The notes beneath the pieces are model-generated. The model saw only the letters and a list, made by a program, of their open reading frames with translations, was not told the DNA's origin and did no database searches. Below, piece by piece: positions 39,173-49,566 of a stretch of DNA of 64,000 nt (within the stretch, counting starts at the first letter, position 1; the number at the start of each line of letters is the position of its first letter). The translations under genes and the position numbers were made by a program. The DNA comes from Verrucomicrobiota bacterium. Its GTDB lineage: Bacteria; Verrucomicrobiota; Verrucomicrobiia; Opitutales; Coraliomargaritaceae. The stretch lies in contig JBCBZJ010000001.1 in assembly GCA_039815375.1 (NCBI GenBank), forward strand, positions 288,001-352,000. Reading direction: 5' to 3'.

Positions 39173-40000
39173 ATGAAAGTATTTATCACAGGCGCTACTG
39201 GATTCCTTGGTCGGTATGTTTTGTTAGCAGCAGTTGCTGCTGGGCATAAGTGCTACTGTATTCATCGATCCTTTGTGCCAGCTGAGCTACAGAAACTCGA
39301 TAATGTGATTTGGTTAAAGGGAGGCTTAAGCTATGATTGGACTGACATCCTAAATGAATGTGATGCAGTGATACATCTCGCTTCTGCTGGTGTGAGCCCT
39401 CAGCAAGCTACACGTGAAGAATATTTTCAGATAAATGTAACAGATAGCCTCTTATTCGTTGAGAGCGCTGCTGACGCTGGGATTTCAAAAGTGATAGTTG
39501 CTGGCTCTTGTTTTGAGTATGGTGCATCGGGAGAACGTTATGATCAAATTCCGGTGGATGCGCCTCTTGAGCCGCTTAATGCTTATGGTGCTTCAAAAGC
39601 TGCTGCTACAATAGCATTCTGCTCATTGGCGCGAGAGAAAGGTTTTGCTCTTCGGATACTACGCCCTTTTCACTTTTATGGCGAAGGGCAAGCGATTGTG
39701 AATTTGTGGCCATCTTTAAAAGCGGCAGCTTTGGCTGGAGACGATTTTGAGATGACTGCAGGTGAGCAGGTGCGGGATTATATGGCTGTCGAGGATGTTG
39801 CGTCTTCTTTCGTATCCGAATTAGAAGAGCCGAAAAATGCAGGTCCAAAGATTAAGAATATTGGTTCAGGAAGTCCGTTAACACTGGCTGATTTTTGTTC
39901 AAAGTGGTGGAAGCAGTTTAATGCCAAAGGAGAGCTTTTGATTGGTGCTTTGCAATACCGCAACGGTGAGGTGATGCGCTTTGTGCCAAAGGTCGATTAG
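39173..40000 (+). CDS. NAD-dependent epimerase/reductase (candidate CDP-3,6-dideoxyhexose synthase)
   Basis: GATGFLG, GSCFEYG, YGASK, GEQ.RDY; directly follows rfbFGH. Confidence 0.75.
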   Translation: MKVFITGATGFLGRYVLLAAVAAGHKCYCIHRSFVPAELQKLDNVIWLKGGLSYDWTDILNECDAVIHLASAGVSPQQATREEYFQINVTDSLLFVESAADAGISKVIVAGSCFEYGASGERYDQIPVDAPLEPLNAYGASKAAATIAFCSLAREKGFALRILRPFHFYGEGQAIVNLWPSLKAAALAGDDFEMTAGEQVRDYMAVEDVASSFVSELEEPKNAGPKIKNIGSGSPLTLADFCSKWWKQFNAKGELLIGALQYRNGEVMRFVPKVD

Positions 40001-40075
40001 GTCGAGTTCATAATTTGAGCTTTTCTAGATTGGCTAATGCATCACATCTTTACCGTTCTGCTCGTATACATTATC

Positions 40076-40825
40076 ATGAAGAGTATCGTAAAAATTTACG
40101 GAGAAAGAAATACGAATACGAATTATCTTAGTAAGTTGATCGACTTGAATCTGAACGCGCAGCAACTTCGTGGGATTATTCCGAGATACGTTTTATTGTT
40201 ACAGAAGATGTTGCCGGGGGATGAGGCGATTCGTGACATTTATTTCTCGCTGACATACCCTTCAAACTTGGGTTGGAAGCATACATCTGTCCTTCCGCAA
40301 GATGAGCTTAAGCGTTTGTCTTTGGTGGATGAAAAGTTGCTTTTCATTACGATAAGTAAAAATCCTTACTCGTGGCTGCTTTCCTTACATCGAAGACCGT
40401 ATCACCAATACTCGAAGCACAGTATGAGTTTTGATGAGTTCTTGTCAGCTGGTTGGCGTACCGTCGGGCGAGATGGAATGGGAAAGGCTTGTGTGACTCC
40501 GATTGAGCTGTGGAACATTAAGAATCGCTCTTATTTGAATATGGATCCTGCCATTACGCTGCATGTAAAATCTGAGGAGATTTCAATTAATCCAAAAGGA
40601 GTTATTGACCGCATGAGCGACGATTTTGGATTTCAAAGAAAATCCAGCAACTTTATTGACTATAGTAAATCGACTAAAGATTCAGGAAAAGATAGTAGTT
40701 ACTATCGGGATTATTATCAGTTTGAGAAGTGGCGTGAGAAACTCTCGCCAGAGGCAATTAGAATTATCAACCAATCAGTCGACGTCGATCTTATGTCTGC
40801 ATTGGGATACGAAATGATTGGGTAA
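40076..40825 (+). CDS. Sulfotransferase-like protein
   Basis: IYGERNTNTNYL (5'-PSB-like), GWKH, KNPYSWLLS (3'-PB-like), C-terminal LGY. Confidence 0.6.
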   Translation: MKSIVKIYGERNTNTNYLSKLIDLNLNAQQLRGIIPRYVLLLQKMLPGDEAIRDIYFSLTYPSNLGWKHTSVLPQDELKRLSLVDEKLLFITISKNPYSWLLSLHRRPYHQYSKHSMSFDEFLSAGWRTVGRDGMGKACVTPIELWNIKNRSYLNMDPAITLHVKSEEISINPKGVIDRMSDDFGFQRKSSNFIDYSKSTKDSGKDSSYYRDYYQFEKWREKLSPEAIRIINQSVDVDLMSALGYEMIG

Positions 40826-40851
40826 ATGTCGTTTAAATATTTTAATGATCT

Positions 40852-42228
40852 ATGTATACTGTAGATACACTTGTAGTTGGTGCTGGCCTCGCTGGTTTGT
40901 CCTGTTCCTATCATATCGGTCATGGTCGATGTCTTATTCTGGAAGGCAAGCCGCATGCTTATGGTCACATATACAGTGAATCTCTTGATGGTTTTACTTG
41001 GGATGAAGGACCGCACGTGTCATTTACTAAGAATGCGTATGCCCGAGATTTTCTTGCTGAAAGTGTTAATGGGGAATTCGAAGAGTACGAGGTAATCGTT
41101 GGTAATTATTTCAATGGCGACTGGATTAGTCACCCTGCTCAGTCCAATTTGTATCAAGTTCCTGAGCCATTGCGAACGAAGTGTCTGGATTCATTTCTAG
41201 CATCTCGAAATGAGTTAGTTAATAGTTCAGAACCAAGAGACTATAAAGAGTGGCTCTGTCGCTCATTTGGAGAAGTCTTTGCTGAGACATTTCCGAGTGC
41301 TTACACTCGAAAATATTGGACGATTGAACCTGAACGGATGACTACAGAATGGGTCGGAGGACGTGTCTTCCAGCCATCGGTCGATGATGTGATCAGTGGA
41401 AGTCGTGGTCCGCTGGATCGTCAGACCCACTACGTGAAGAAGGTTCGCTATCCAAGTCGAGGAGGGTATCAATCCTATGCTCGAAAATTGTTTCAGGGTG
41501 CGAACATACGTCTTAATGCGCAGGTGGAAAAGGTTGATTTGAAGGGCAAGATGCTATGGTGCAAGGATGGTACTAGTTATAACTACAAAAAATTAATTAG
41601 TACGATTCCACTGCCGAGTTTTATCAATTACTGTATCGACGCTCCTAAGGAGCTTATTGATGCATCTCAGCAATTGTTGTGCTCAAGTATACAATTGGTT
41701 AATGTCGTTGCACCGCACGAAACTCTTCGGCGTGAAAATTGGATGTATGTATACGACGAAGACAAACTTTCCGTGCGTATCAATTGTACGGAGAAGTTAT
41801 CACCCTTTAATGCCCCAGAAGGGCATACTGGTGTTCAAGTAGAGGTCTATTATTCTAGGCTCAAGCCTATGGACCTTTCTGTGGAAGAGGTTGAAAAGCG
41901 AGTCATTAATGAGCTGATTGAAATGGGGATTATATGTCCGGATCGATCGGGTGGCCGAGAAAAAATTACCGCACATAGTCGTATCGTTCCATGGGCGAAT
42001 GTTGTCTTTCACCATGAAACGGTAGGTGCACTCGATATGATTTTACAATGGCTTTCTAGCCACGGATTACAGAGGGAGGCGGATGATTTGCATCCATTGA
42101 CAGATTGGACGCATGTCGGATCGCATGCGGGAGGTGATGTAATTTTAGCAGGCCGTTTTGGACAGTGGAAGTATTACTGGAGTGATGACTGTTTGTTAAG
42201 AGGTAAGCTAGTTGCGGATGGATGTTAG
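40852..42228 (+). CDS. FAD-dependent oxidoreductase, UDP-galactopyranose-mutase-like
   Basis: GAGLAG, DGFTWDEGPH, YTRKYW, W...R, RYP..GG, GRFGQWKY. Confidence 0.7.
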   Translation: MYTVDTLVVGAGLAGLSCSYHIGHGRCLILEGKPHAYGHIYSESLDGFTWDEGPHVSFTKNAYARDFLAESVNGEFEEYEVIVGNYFNGDWISHPAQSNLYQVPEPLRTKCLDSFLASRNELVNSSEPRDYKEWLCRSFGEVFAETFPSAYTRKYWTIEPERMTTEWVGGRVFQPSVDDVISGSRGPLDRQTHYVKKVRYPSRGGYQSYARKLFQGANIRLNAQVEKVDLKGKMLWCKDGTSYNYKKLISTIPLPSFINYCIDAPKELIDASQQLLCSSIQLVNVVAPHETLRRENWMYVYDEDKLSVRINCTEKLSPFNAPEGHTGVQVEVYYSRLKPMDLSVEEVEKRVINELIEMGIICPDRSGGREKITAHSRIVPWANVVFHHETVGALDMILQWLSSHGLQREADDLHPLTDWTHVGSHAGGDVILAGRFGQWKYYWSDDCLLRGKLVADGC

Positions 42229-42848
42229 TATCCGAGAAATATAAATTGATTTTTATTGCAGTGCCTAAAACTGGAACTTCTTCGTTTAACGTCATGTTCG
42301 AGGAATTATTGAACGCTGAACGCAATAAGTATTCAATTGGATCCGAATGTATTGCTTGTCCCGAGCACATTGATTATAAAACACTGAGATCGGTAGTCGG
42401 AGATCAGGGCATGTCGCAGTTTCTGATAGTTGGTGCGACTCGGAATCCGTGGGACCGTATGGTATCGGCTTATTCATTCTACAACAGTGGACGCGTTGTT
42501 GGCCGAGTGAGTGCTGGTAAACAGCTTGGGTTCAAGGCAATTATAAATGTAGTTCTTGCTAAAATACTACCTTTTCGATTCTGGATTAGGATCAAACCTT
42601 ATCGTAGTTGTATGTCATATCTGCGAGACGAATCCGGGCAGATGCGGGCGGACTACGTGATACGTTTTGAGGAGTATACTCATGATTTGAAGAGCTTATG
42701 CCGTCGTCTAGGAGTTGAATTTAAGGCTCCTGTGCATATCAATAAATCTGATCGCAAGTGCTACAGAGATTACTACACGGATTCTACTCGAAGACTAGTC
42801 GGTAAGCGTTTCCGTGATGACATTGAAATGTTCAAGTATGAGTTCTAG
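42222..42848 (+). CDS. Sulfotransferase family 2 protein
   Basis: FIAVPKTGTSS, RNPWDRMVSAY, RFE, YRDYY, D...F.Y.F. Confidence 0.85.
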   Translation: MLVSEKYKLIFIAVPKTGTSSFNVMFEELLNAERNKYSIGSECIACPEHIDYKTLRSVVGDQGMSQFLIVGATRNPWDRMVSAYSFYNSGRVVGRVSAGKQLGFKAIINVVLAKILPFRFWIRIKPYRSCMSYLRDESGQMRADYVIRFEEYTHDLKSLCRRLGVEFKAPVHINKSDRKCYRDYYTDSTRRLVGKRFRDDIEMFKYEF

Positions 42849-42862
42849 TAGAGTGTACTACT

Positions 42863-43612
42863 GTGGATAAATTCATAAACTTTACGCACATACCCAAATG
42901 TGCAGGTACTGCTTTCTACTATAGTTTAGTGCGTGAATCTATTCCGGAGAAAGAGGTGTACTTCCCTAGAAGCTACAGTGAAATTATCCGCTCTAAGAAA
43001 GATTATCGTTACATTCGCGGGCATTGGCCAAGCGGCATTACCCGTTTTATGCGTCATAATAACTATGTGAGGAATGGAGTCGTCAATATAGTTGCATTTC
43101 GTGAGCCGATTGCACAGGCGAAGAGTTTATATAGATACTATACTTTAGAAAGAAGCGGGGCCAAGGGATACCGCAAGAATCTTGAGCGAGGTGTGCTTGA
43201 TTTCTATAAGAACAAACCGCATTTGTGTAATCTACAGGCCAAGTATCTACTCGGATTTTTATGGGTTCATCACCGTTCGCCGTTGGGGTGCATGCAGAGC
43301 AGGATTGCTAGGCAGTTGGCGAGGCTGGCTTCGCGCAGATTGCGTTCAGGCTACGATTATGTTCTGATACAGGAGGATACCATGTCTGGTTTTGAATTTA
43401 TTGGAGGTCAATTGGGCTTGGTATGCTCGTTCCAGCGCCCAGATCTTACTGCTACAGCTGATGCGCATGCTGTGATTACGCTTAGTGAAGGCGAGGAGGA
43501 AGAGCTAAAGAGCATGTTTAACCTGGATTGCATTTTGTATCGCTGGGTGTGTGCGCAATATAGATGCCACGGTTTCATACCGCAGAAGTGGGAAGCTTTT
43601 AGTGAGTTTTAA
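42863..43612 (+). CDS. Sulfotransferase family 2 protein
   Basis: FTHIPKCAGT, GH, REP....S.Y, N.Q, LD..LY. Confidence 0.75.
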   Translation: MDKFINFTHIPKCAGTAFYYSLVRESIPEKEVYFPRSYSEIIRSKKDYRYIRGHWPSGITRFMRHNNYVRNGVVNIVAFREPIAQAKSLYRYYTLERSGAKGYRKNLERGVLDFYKNKPHLCNLQAKYLLGFLWVHHRSPLGCMQSRIARQLARLASRRLRSGYDYVLIQEDTMSGFEFIGGQLGLVCSFQRPDLTATADAHAVITLSEGEEEELKSMFNLDCILYRWVCAQYRCHGFIPQKWEAFSEF

Positions 43613-44876
43613 ACGACAGTTATATGGGAGTTTATTGGCTCGCATACTAGGAGTCCCTATCGCTCTTAGTATCAGTGTGATTACTGCTCGATACTTAGGG
43701 CCTGAGCTGCGTGGTGAATTTGCAAAGATCATGACGACTGCTGTGATATTCACTATATTAAAGGATTTGTTTTCAGGGGGAAGTCAGATTCTGCTAAAGG
43801 ATAGTTTTGACGGCTTAAGATGGTTAACTTATCAGGCCTTTTTAGCCCCACTTGCCGGAGTTTTGTTTTTTTGCCTGTTATGCTTATCGCTTGGTTCTGC
43901 GTTGGACTTTATGTTGCCCAAAGGGGTGGGGCTTGTCGCCGTAGTCTTGTGTTCTATTTTGATCTATTTGATCGGTGTTGAGGAGGCGCTTACGCGTCTA
44001 GTCACAGGCTGCCAGAAGGTTAATTATGTTAATGCTGTTAGACTTGTGTTGTCGTTGTTTCGTTTGGTCTGTCTATTTGCATGCTTCTATGTGACTGCTG
44101 CTAATTACGTTCTAGTTGTATCAATCCTTGTTGCGAAGTCGCTATTTTTTGTGGCTGCTATGATGTTTAGCCTAACGCGCACTTTGAGTTGGAAAGAGGG
44201 AAGTAACGTTCGTAAATTAGATGGTTGGGGTAAGCGCTCTCTATTACTTGGTGCAAAGACTGTTGGCAGGAGCATTGGCGTTATCCTTATCCTTAAGTCA
44301 GACGTGTGGATGATGGCTGCTTTGTCTACTGTTGAGCAGGTTGGTATTTATCATGTTGCAGTTGGTCTTTGTGCTCTGGTGATGACTTTTAGTAATACAG
44401 TGGCAAATGTTGCTCGCACTCGAGCGATTGTTGAGAGTGAGAATTATGAGCGAACACTTATGCTAGTTAAATTTGTGGTTCTGGCTGGGATGTTGGCTTG
44501 GCCTGCGGTATGGATAGGTGCGCCAATTCTAGTCTCAGTTCTTTATGGTGCTAGCTATATGGAAAGTGCAGATATATTTCGTGTCTTGTGGGGTGCTGTG
44601 GTCTTTTGGTCTTCTGCAAACATTATTAGCAACGTGCTAATGGTTGAGCGAAATGCTCCGGTGTGGATCGCAATTTGCATGTTTGCCGGGTTGTTTGTGA
44701 ATTTGGTGTGCAACTACTTTTTTATTCCGCAATGGGGAGGGCTTGGTGCTGCATGGGCGTCAATGGCTGCATATGTAGTGGTGTTTGTCTGGAATATATG
44801 TGTGTTCTTTAGAACTTACCCCATTCGTATGAGTTCAGTTTTTAGTTTTAACCTGAGGTATTTTCAAAATGTTTAG
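43602..44876 (+). CDS. Wzx-type oligosaccharide flippase
   Basis: ARYLGPE.RG, about 12 hydrophobic segments, VGIY..A, N...IP.WG..GAAWA. Start at GTG 43602. Confidence 0.85.
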   Translation: MSFKRQLYGSLLARILGVPIALSISVITARYLGPELRGEFAKIMTTAVIFTILKDLFSGGSQILLKDSFDGLRWLTYQAFLAPLAGVLFFCLLCLSLGSALDFMLPKGVGLVAVVLCSILIYLIGVEEALTRLVTGCQKVNYVNAVRLVLSLFRLVCLFACFYVTAANYVLVVSILVAKSLFFVAAMMFSLTRTLSWKEGSNVRKLDGWGKRSLLLGAKTVGRSIGVILILKSDVWMMAALSTVEQVGIYHVAVGLCALVMTFSNTVANVARTRAIVESENYERTLMLVKFVVLAGMLAWPAVWIGAPILVSVLYGASYMESADIFRVLWGAVVFWSSANIISNVLMVERNAPVWIAICMFAGLFVNLVCNYFFIPQWGGLGAAWASMAAYVVVFVWNICVFFRTYPIRMSSVFSFNLRYFQNV

Positions 44877-45822
44877 TGTTGTATTACCTGTCGTGAAAAG
44901 TCGGTACTTTGAAGCGGCTTTAAAAAGCGTGCTAAATCAGGACTATCGCGACTTTGAATTGATTGTTGTGGACAATGATGCCGATGAGGAGGTCCAAGCC
45001 ATCCTTGGGCGCAATCAAGATGAGAGGATGCGATCCATACGGCATGAGAAACAAATACCGATTATTGAGAATTGGAATAAGTGTTTGTCCTATGCGACTA
45101 GGCAATATTTCGTACTTTTTTCAGATGATGATGTGATGCAACCAGGCTATCTAGAGGCTGTGTCTCAAGTGATTAGAGCGAATCCAGATAGTAAGATGAT
45201 CCATACTCGTGTCAGGATGTTTACTGGTAATAACAAATTGCGCGGATTGTCTGCGATTGCACCTGATGTTGAAGATGGAATAAATTATGTTTATGAGACT
45301 TTCTGCAAAGGTCGGTCGCAACTCATATCTGATTTCGTTTGGCAGCGTGAGTTCTTTCTTGCCCAAAGTGGTTATGAGTCTTTAGAGGGTGCTTGGGGCT
45401 CAGATGAAGTGACAACCTACAAGATGGCAATTGCTGCAGGAACAGTACATTATATTCCAGAGGTAATGGTATGGTGGCGCCATTCTGAGATTAATTTTAC
45501 TAACAAGATGTCCTATCGAGCTCAGTATTCGGCTAATCTTGACTTTGTTCGGTGGATGTCAGGTTTTATTGAAAAGCTTGAGTTGCAGTATGGGACTACA
45601 GATCAGTTAAAACTAATTCAGAAAAAGCTGCCCTTGAATTTTCAGGCGAGGATGGGTAACTGCATGCAAAATCTTGGGATGTCACGCTCATTTCTTGCGC
45701 CAATCTGGTTCAAATTAACTAATCGGAATCAGACTCCAACCCTAAGCTGGATGACTGTAATGCGAGCAATTGTAGGAGTCTTGCATAAAAAGTTAACGAA
45801 CGTGAAACATTATCGAGGCTGA
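44869..45822 (+). CDS. Glycosyltransferase family 2
   Basis: SVL.Q...DFELIVVD, NWN.C, DDD. Confidence 0.88.
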   Translation: MFSVVLPVVKSRYFEAALKSVLNQDYRDFELIVVDNDADEEVQAILGRNQDERMRSIRHEKQIPIIENWNKCLSYATRQYFVLFSDDDVMQPGYLEAVSQVIRANPDSKMIHTRVRMFTGNNKLRGLSAIAPDVEDGINYVYETFCKGRSQLISDFVWQREFFLAQSGYESLEGAWGSDEVTTYKMAIAAGTVHYIPEVMVWWRHSEINFTNKMSYRAQYSANLDFVRWMSGFIEKLELQYGTTDQLKLIQKKLPLNFQARMGNCMQNLGMSRSFLAPIWFKLTNRNQTPTLSWMTVMRAIVGVLHKKLTNVKHYRG

Positions 45823-45828
45823 CGTTCT

Positions 45829-46974
45829 ATGAGTAAGAAAATTACAGTTTTTGAGGCGGCAATTACCCGCTATTACAGTTATCAGGCAATTGAGAGTTTG
45901 CCGGAAGAGATTGAAGTATTGCTTTTTACTGCAGAAATGAAGCGTTGTCCAAACGCTTTAAAGAATAAAGTTAAGTACGCTCCTTTGCCATTTCGAGTAT
46001 CTCATTATTTAGCGTGGCGCGTCAGTCGCATAAGGCGGTTTATTCCAGATTTATACAACTATTTTGACCGATTAGCATGTCGGCGATTAAAGCTAAATCA
46101 GTCTGCTAGTGTTGCCCATTTGTGGTCAGGCACGTCTTTAAATACGCTTCGTTGGGCGAAACAGCATTTTGGTGGAAAGTTAGTTGTTGAGCGTTCTGGT
46201 TCACATATTGAATTGCAGTATCAAATGTTGTGTGAAGAGGCAGAACGCACTAAGAACAAACTTGGTGGGATGCCCGTCTTTGACCCGGACTTACGTAAAC
46301 GGATGTTGGAAGAATATGAGTTGGCCGATACAATTTTAGTTCCGTCTGAATATGCTAAGAAAACATTTGTGGACTGCGGCTTACCCGCGGATAAGGTTGA
46401 AGTAATACCTCTTGGTACTAATGCAAAAGCAGTTGAGTCTCTGCCAGCGAAAAAGAGTCGATTGTCAGTTCTATTTGTCGGAGGTGAGCCCTTGCGAAAA
46501 GGCTTGTTTACCTTGCTGGATGTATGGGAATCCTTGGCGCCCGATGCAGACCTTTATGTGGTCACAGATCATTCGCGAGTGCCTTCGGATAAACATGACA
46601 TAGCAGGAGTTAATTTTTTGCCATTCATGGATCACTCTGCTTTAACTCAACTGATGTCTGAATGTCATTTGTTATGCTTGCCGTCTGTTGAAGATGGTTT
46701 TGGTATGGTTGTTTCTGAGGCTATGGCGATGGGAACTGCAGTCTTAGTTTCGACGAATTGCGGTGCGTCTGAGTTGGTAAATCACGGCTTCAATGGCTCA
46801 ATTTTTTCTGCTGGTGATGCTGCGAGTCTAATGGAGAATTTGAGTCAACTGCTAGCCTCTGAGGAACGGCTTCTTGAAATGTGTGACCATGCCCGCACTT
46901 CGCTGGATGGTGCATCATGGGCTGCATATGGCCAGAAGTTGGCAAATTTCTATCGGAGGTCGTCTGATGCTTGA
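45829..46974 (+). CDS. Glycosyltransferase family 4
   Basis: VPS, FVG....RKG, LPS.EDGFGMVVSEAMA.G. Confidence 0.88.
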   Translation: MSKKITVFEAAITRYYSYQAIESLPEEIEVLLFTAEMKRCPNALKNKVKYAPLPFRVSHYLAWRVSRIRRFIPDLYNYFDRLACRRLKLNQSASVAHLWSGTSLNTLRWAKQHFGGKLVVERSGSHIELQYQMLCEEAERTKNKLGGMPVFDPDLRKRMLEEYELADTILVPSEYAKKTFVDCGLPADKVEVIPLGTNAKAVESLPAKKSRLSVLFVGGEPLRKGLFTLLDVWESLAPDADLYVVTDHSRVPSDKHDIAGVNFLPFMDHSALTQLMSECHLLCLPSVEDGFGMVVSEAMAMGTAVLVSTNCGASELVNHGFNGSIFSAGDAASLMENLSQLLASEERLLEMCDHARTSLDGASWAAYGQKLANFYRRSSDA

Positions 46975-48367
46975 GCATGAAAATAGTGTGGAGTGGTTGA
47001 TCCGTATTGGATTGCTAGCGTTCTTGCAGTGCTGGGGCTTGATATCAATGTATCATTTCTTGGATCTTCGCGTAGTTGCTGCTGGAGGCTTGTTGCTGCT
47101 TGTGCGCCTAGTAGTTTTCTTGCGATTTCGATTGCCAAAGGACCTCGCTAAAATCTCCCTTTGGTCATACTGGGATGTTTCTTATACTGTCATTCCTGCA
47201 TTTTCGCTTACATTTTCGCTCGAAGGGTTCAAAGGCGAAATTATGCCATACACTGTATTCGTGGGGCAGTTAGTCCTTTTGTGTGCAAGTGCTGCAATGT
47301 TTGTAGCGTCAAATCTACTCGAAAAAAATAAGAAGATTCCTGAGGTGCAGGAGTCAATAAGGCGATTAGTGGTTCCGCGCGTTATACGTAGTATCTTTGT
47401 AGCCTTTGTGTGTGTTTCTTTTTTACTCACACTTTTAGTTGTTGTTATGGGAATTGCAGAGATGGGCACGCGTACCGGGACATTCACGAAGTTGCCTTTT
47501 AAGCTGGAAGGCCTGATTAACGTGAGTCGCAACCTATACATACCAATCTTGTATGTGTTCTTTGTGTATCTGTTTTCTCGCATGCAGGAGCGGAATTTCT
47601 ATGTCTTGTCCATCGCTGCATTATTTTTGTGGGCTGGGTTTGAGATGTATGTGCGCTTCAGTAAGGGCTTTTTATTCGTAGCAGTTATGCCACTTGTTTT
47701 TCTCTTTATTCACCAGCGTAAGCTAAAGCTCTGGATGCTTGTATTAGGAGTTACAGGTGTGCTTTGCTGGGTAGCTTTGTATCCATATATTGGCATACTG
47801 CGTAGTGCAACTCAGAGTGCTGTTGTTGCTGTGGAGGATATGAGTTTTGTCTATGGCTCAATGGATAGTCAGTTTTTGAATTCTCTAGACAAAGTCATGA
47901 GGCGCATCTGCACAGATGCTATATACATGCAAAACGTTCTATCTTTTCATGGATATGGACAGCCCTCCATCGAGCAAATCGGGCGTGTGGTTAGTTATGG
48001 AGGCGAGGCTATTTATTACACTCGAGTAGTTTTAGGCTCAAATGTTCTGTTCTTTAGTGCAGGTATGTCGGGTGTTCCTGGTGCCTATATGATGTATGGC
48101 TATGTTGGAATAGTGCTCTGTGTGGTTACGTTGTCGTTTCTGTCTTGTTGGGGGGATCGATTGATATATTCACATATCTATGGAAATAGTTTCAATCGTG
48201 CTATTGTTGGTTATTTGATATATACACTAGCCTCCACTGAGTTTTTCGCGACATTTTACAAGTTGCGTGATTTCATGGAGTTCTTTGTTACTTTAGCTAT
48301 CGTGTTGCTGTTGTCTAAGAGGATGAGTAGGTTTGAAAATCCACGAATTGGCTTTGGGCAGGTGTAG
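46967..48367 (+). CDS. Multi-TM protein, putative Wzy polymerase
   Basis: About 11-12 hydrophobic segments with a periplasmic loop, within the GT cluster; no diagnostic motif. Confidence 0.6.
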   Translation: MLEHENSVEWLIRIGLLAFLQCWGLISMYHFLDLRVVAAGGLLLLVRLVVFLRFRLPKDLAKISLWSYWDVSYTVIPAFSLTFSLEGFKGEIMPYTVFVGQLVLLCASAAMFVASNLLEKNKKIPEVQESIRRLVVPRVIRSIFVAFVCVSFLLTLLVVVMGIAEMGTRTGTFTKLPFKLEGLINVSRNLYIPILYVFFVYLFSRMQERNFYVLSIAALFLWAGFEMYVRFSKGFLFVAVMPLVFLFIHQRKLKLWMLVLGVTGVLCWVALYPYIGILRSATQSAVVAVEDMSFVYGSMDSQFLNSLDKVMRRICTDAIYMQNVLSFHGYGQPSIEQIGRVVSYGGEAIYYTRVVLGSNVLFFSAGMSGVPGAYMMYGYVGIVLCVVTLSFLSCWGDRLIYSHIYGNSFNRAIVGYLIYTLASTEFFATFYKLRDFMEFFVTLAIVLLLSKRMSRFENPRIGFGQV

Positions 48368-49566
48368 TGAGAATTATTTACGTGTTGAATGAATGTCCGT
48401 CGCCTGCTGACAGCGGACCCAAAATCTATTCTCTGGGCATACTGCAGATGTTGCTTCAGGCTGGTGCCCAGGTTGAATTAGTTGTTTATTTCCGGTCCAT
48501 TGACGAGCTTACAAGATATCGAGAGATGGCGTCTTCATATAACGTCGGGATTCTTGGAGAATTAATGGTGGCAAGTGGTTTGCGTCTGCTTTTTCGGCGT
48601 ATTCTGTATGGGTTAACGTTTCGGCTTATGAAGTCCGCAGACTATCCTATTGGCGGATTTACATCTATCTTAAATTCTACTGATCTGGATAGGTTGGATT
48701 GTATCATCTTCGACCACTGTCGCTTATCTCATCTCAGATTAACTTCTAGGATTAACTGTGTTAAGATCTTAATGGGACATGATTGTTATTCGAATAGTTA
48801 CCGTAAAATGCTACAGTTTGACTGTGGTTGGGAAGAGAAAATTCATACACTTCTAAAGTACTTCGCATACCGTAGGATTGAAGCTATTGATTATCAGTGC
48901 TTTGATCGGCTATGGGTGGTTGGTTCAGAGGATCGTGATACGTTAGCTTCGCGATCTTCTTTACACGTTAAGAGAATTACGATACCAGTTGATCCGGAAT
49001 ATTTCGACTTTAAGAGCCGTATACCAGAGGAGAATGCAGTTTCCTTTCGCTGCATTATAGGAACTGCGATGTATATCCGTGATTTTGCGCGAGACATCTC
49101 GCTTTGGATTGCTTCTGAGGTGCCCGACGAAGTGTTGTCAGGTTTTGAGTTTGTTGGATGTGGTCCGGAGCCGATAGCTGATTTACAGGATCTTCTTAAT
49201 CGTATCGGATATCGTCATTTTGGATGGGTGCCTAATTACGCGGAGTTCATTCAAACTGCTAGTATTTTTATATATCCGCAGCGTGTTGGTTCTGGTATCC
49301 AAAATAAAGTTATACAAGCGATGGCAATGGGGATGGTTTGTATACTCTCTAAAGAGGTTGCATCTGCAACGGGGGTATCTCATGAGTGCGAATGTCTCGT
49401 TGTGCAAAAACCTGAGGATGTGTGGCCTGCACTTTCTAGGTTGCGTCGAGACTGGAAGCTTATGCAGCTACTGAGCATCAATGCGCGGAATTTTTGTGAC
49501 AGTCAGTTTTCTTTTGCGTCAGTAAGTGCGACTCTCAAAGGTGAGCTCAGTGAGATTATTTCGTAG
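48367..49566 (+). CDS. Glycosyltransferase family 4-like
   Basis: P.P.DSG, G.V, P...GSGIQNKV..AMA.G. Confidence 0.8.
   Translation: MRIIYVLNECPSPADSGPKIYSLGILQMLLQAGAQVELVVYFRSIDELTRYREMASSYNVGILGELMVASGLRLLFRRILYGLTFRLMKSADYPIGGFTSILNSTDLDRLDCIIFDHCRLSHLRLTSRINCVKILMGHDCYSNSYRKMLQFDCGWEEKIHTLLKYFAYRRIEAIDYQCFDRLWVVGSEDRDTLASRSSLHVKRITIPVDPEYFDFKSRIPEENAVSFRCIIGTAMYIRDFARDISLWIASEVPDEVLSGFEFVGCGPEPIADLQDLLNRIGYRHFGWVPNYAEFIQTASIFIYPQRVGSGIQNKVIQAMAMGMVCILSKEVASATGVSHECECLVVQKPEDVWPALSRLRRDWKLMQLLSINARNFCDSQFSFASVSATLKGELSEIIS

Noticed and set aside
39174..39188. TGAAAGTATTTATCA resembling the operator palindrome
   Set aside because: It is the MKVFI start of an internal operon gene; explained by coding sequence.
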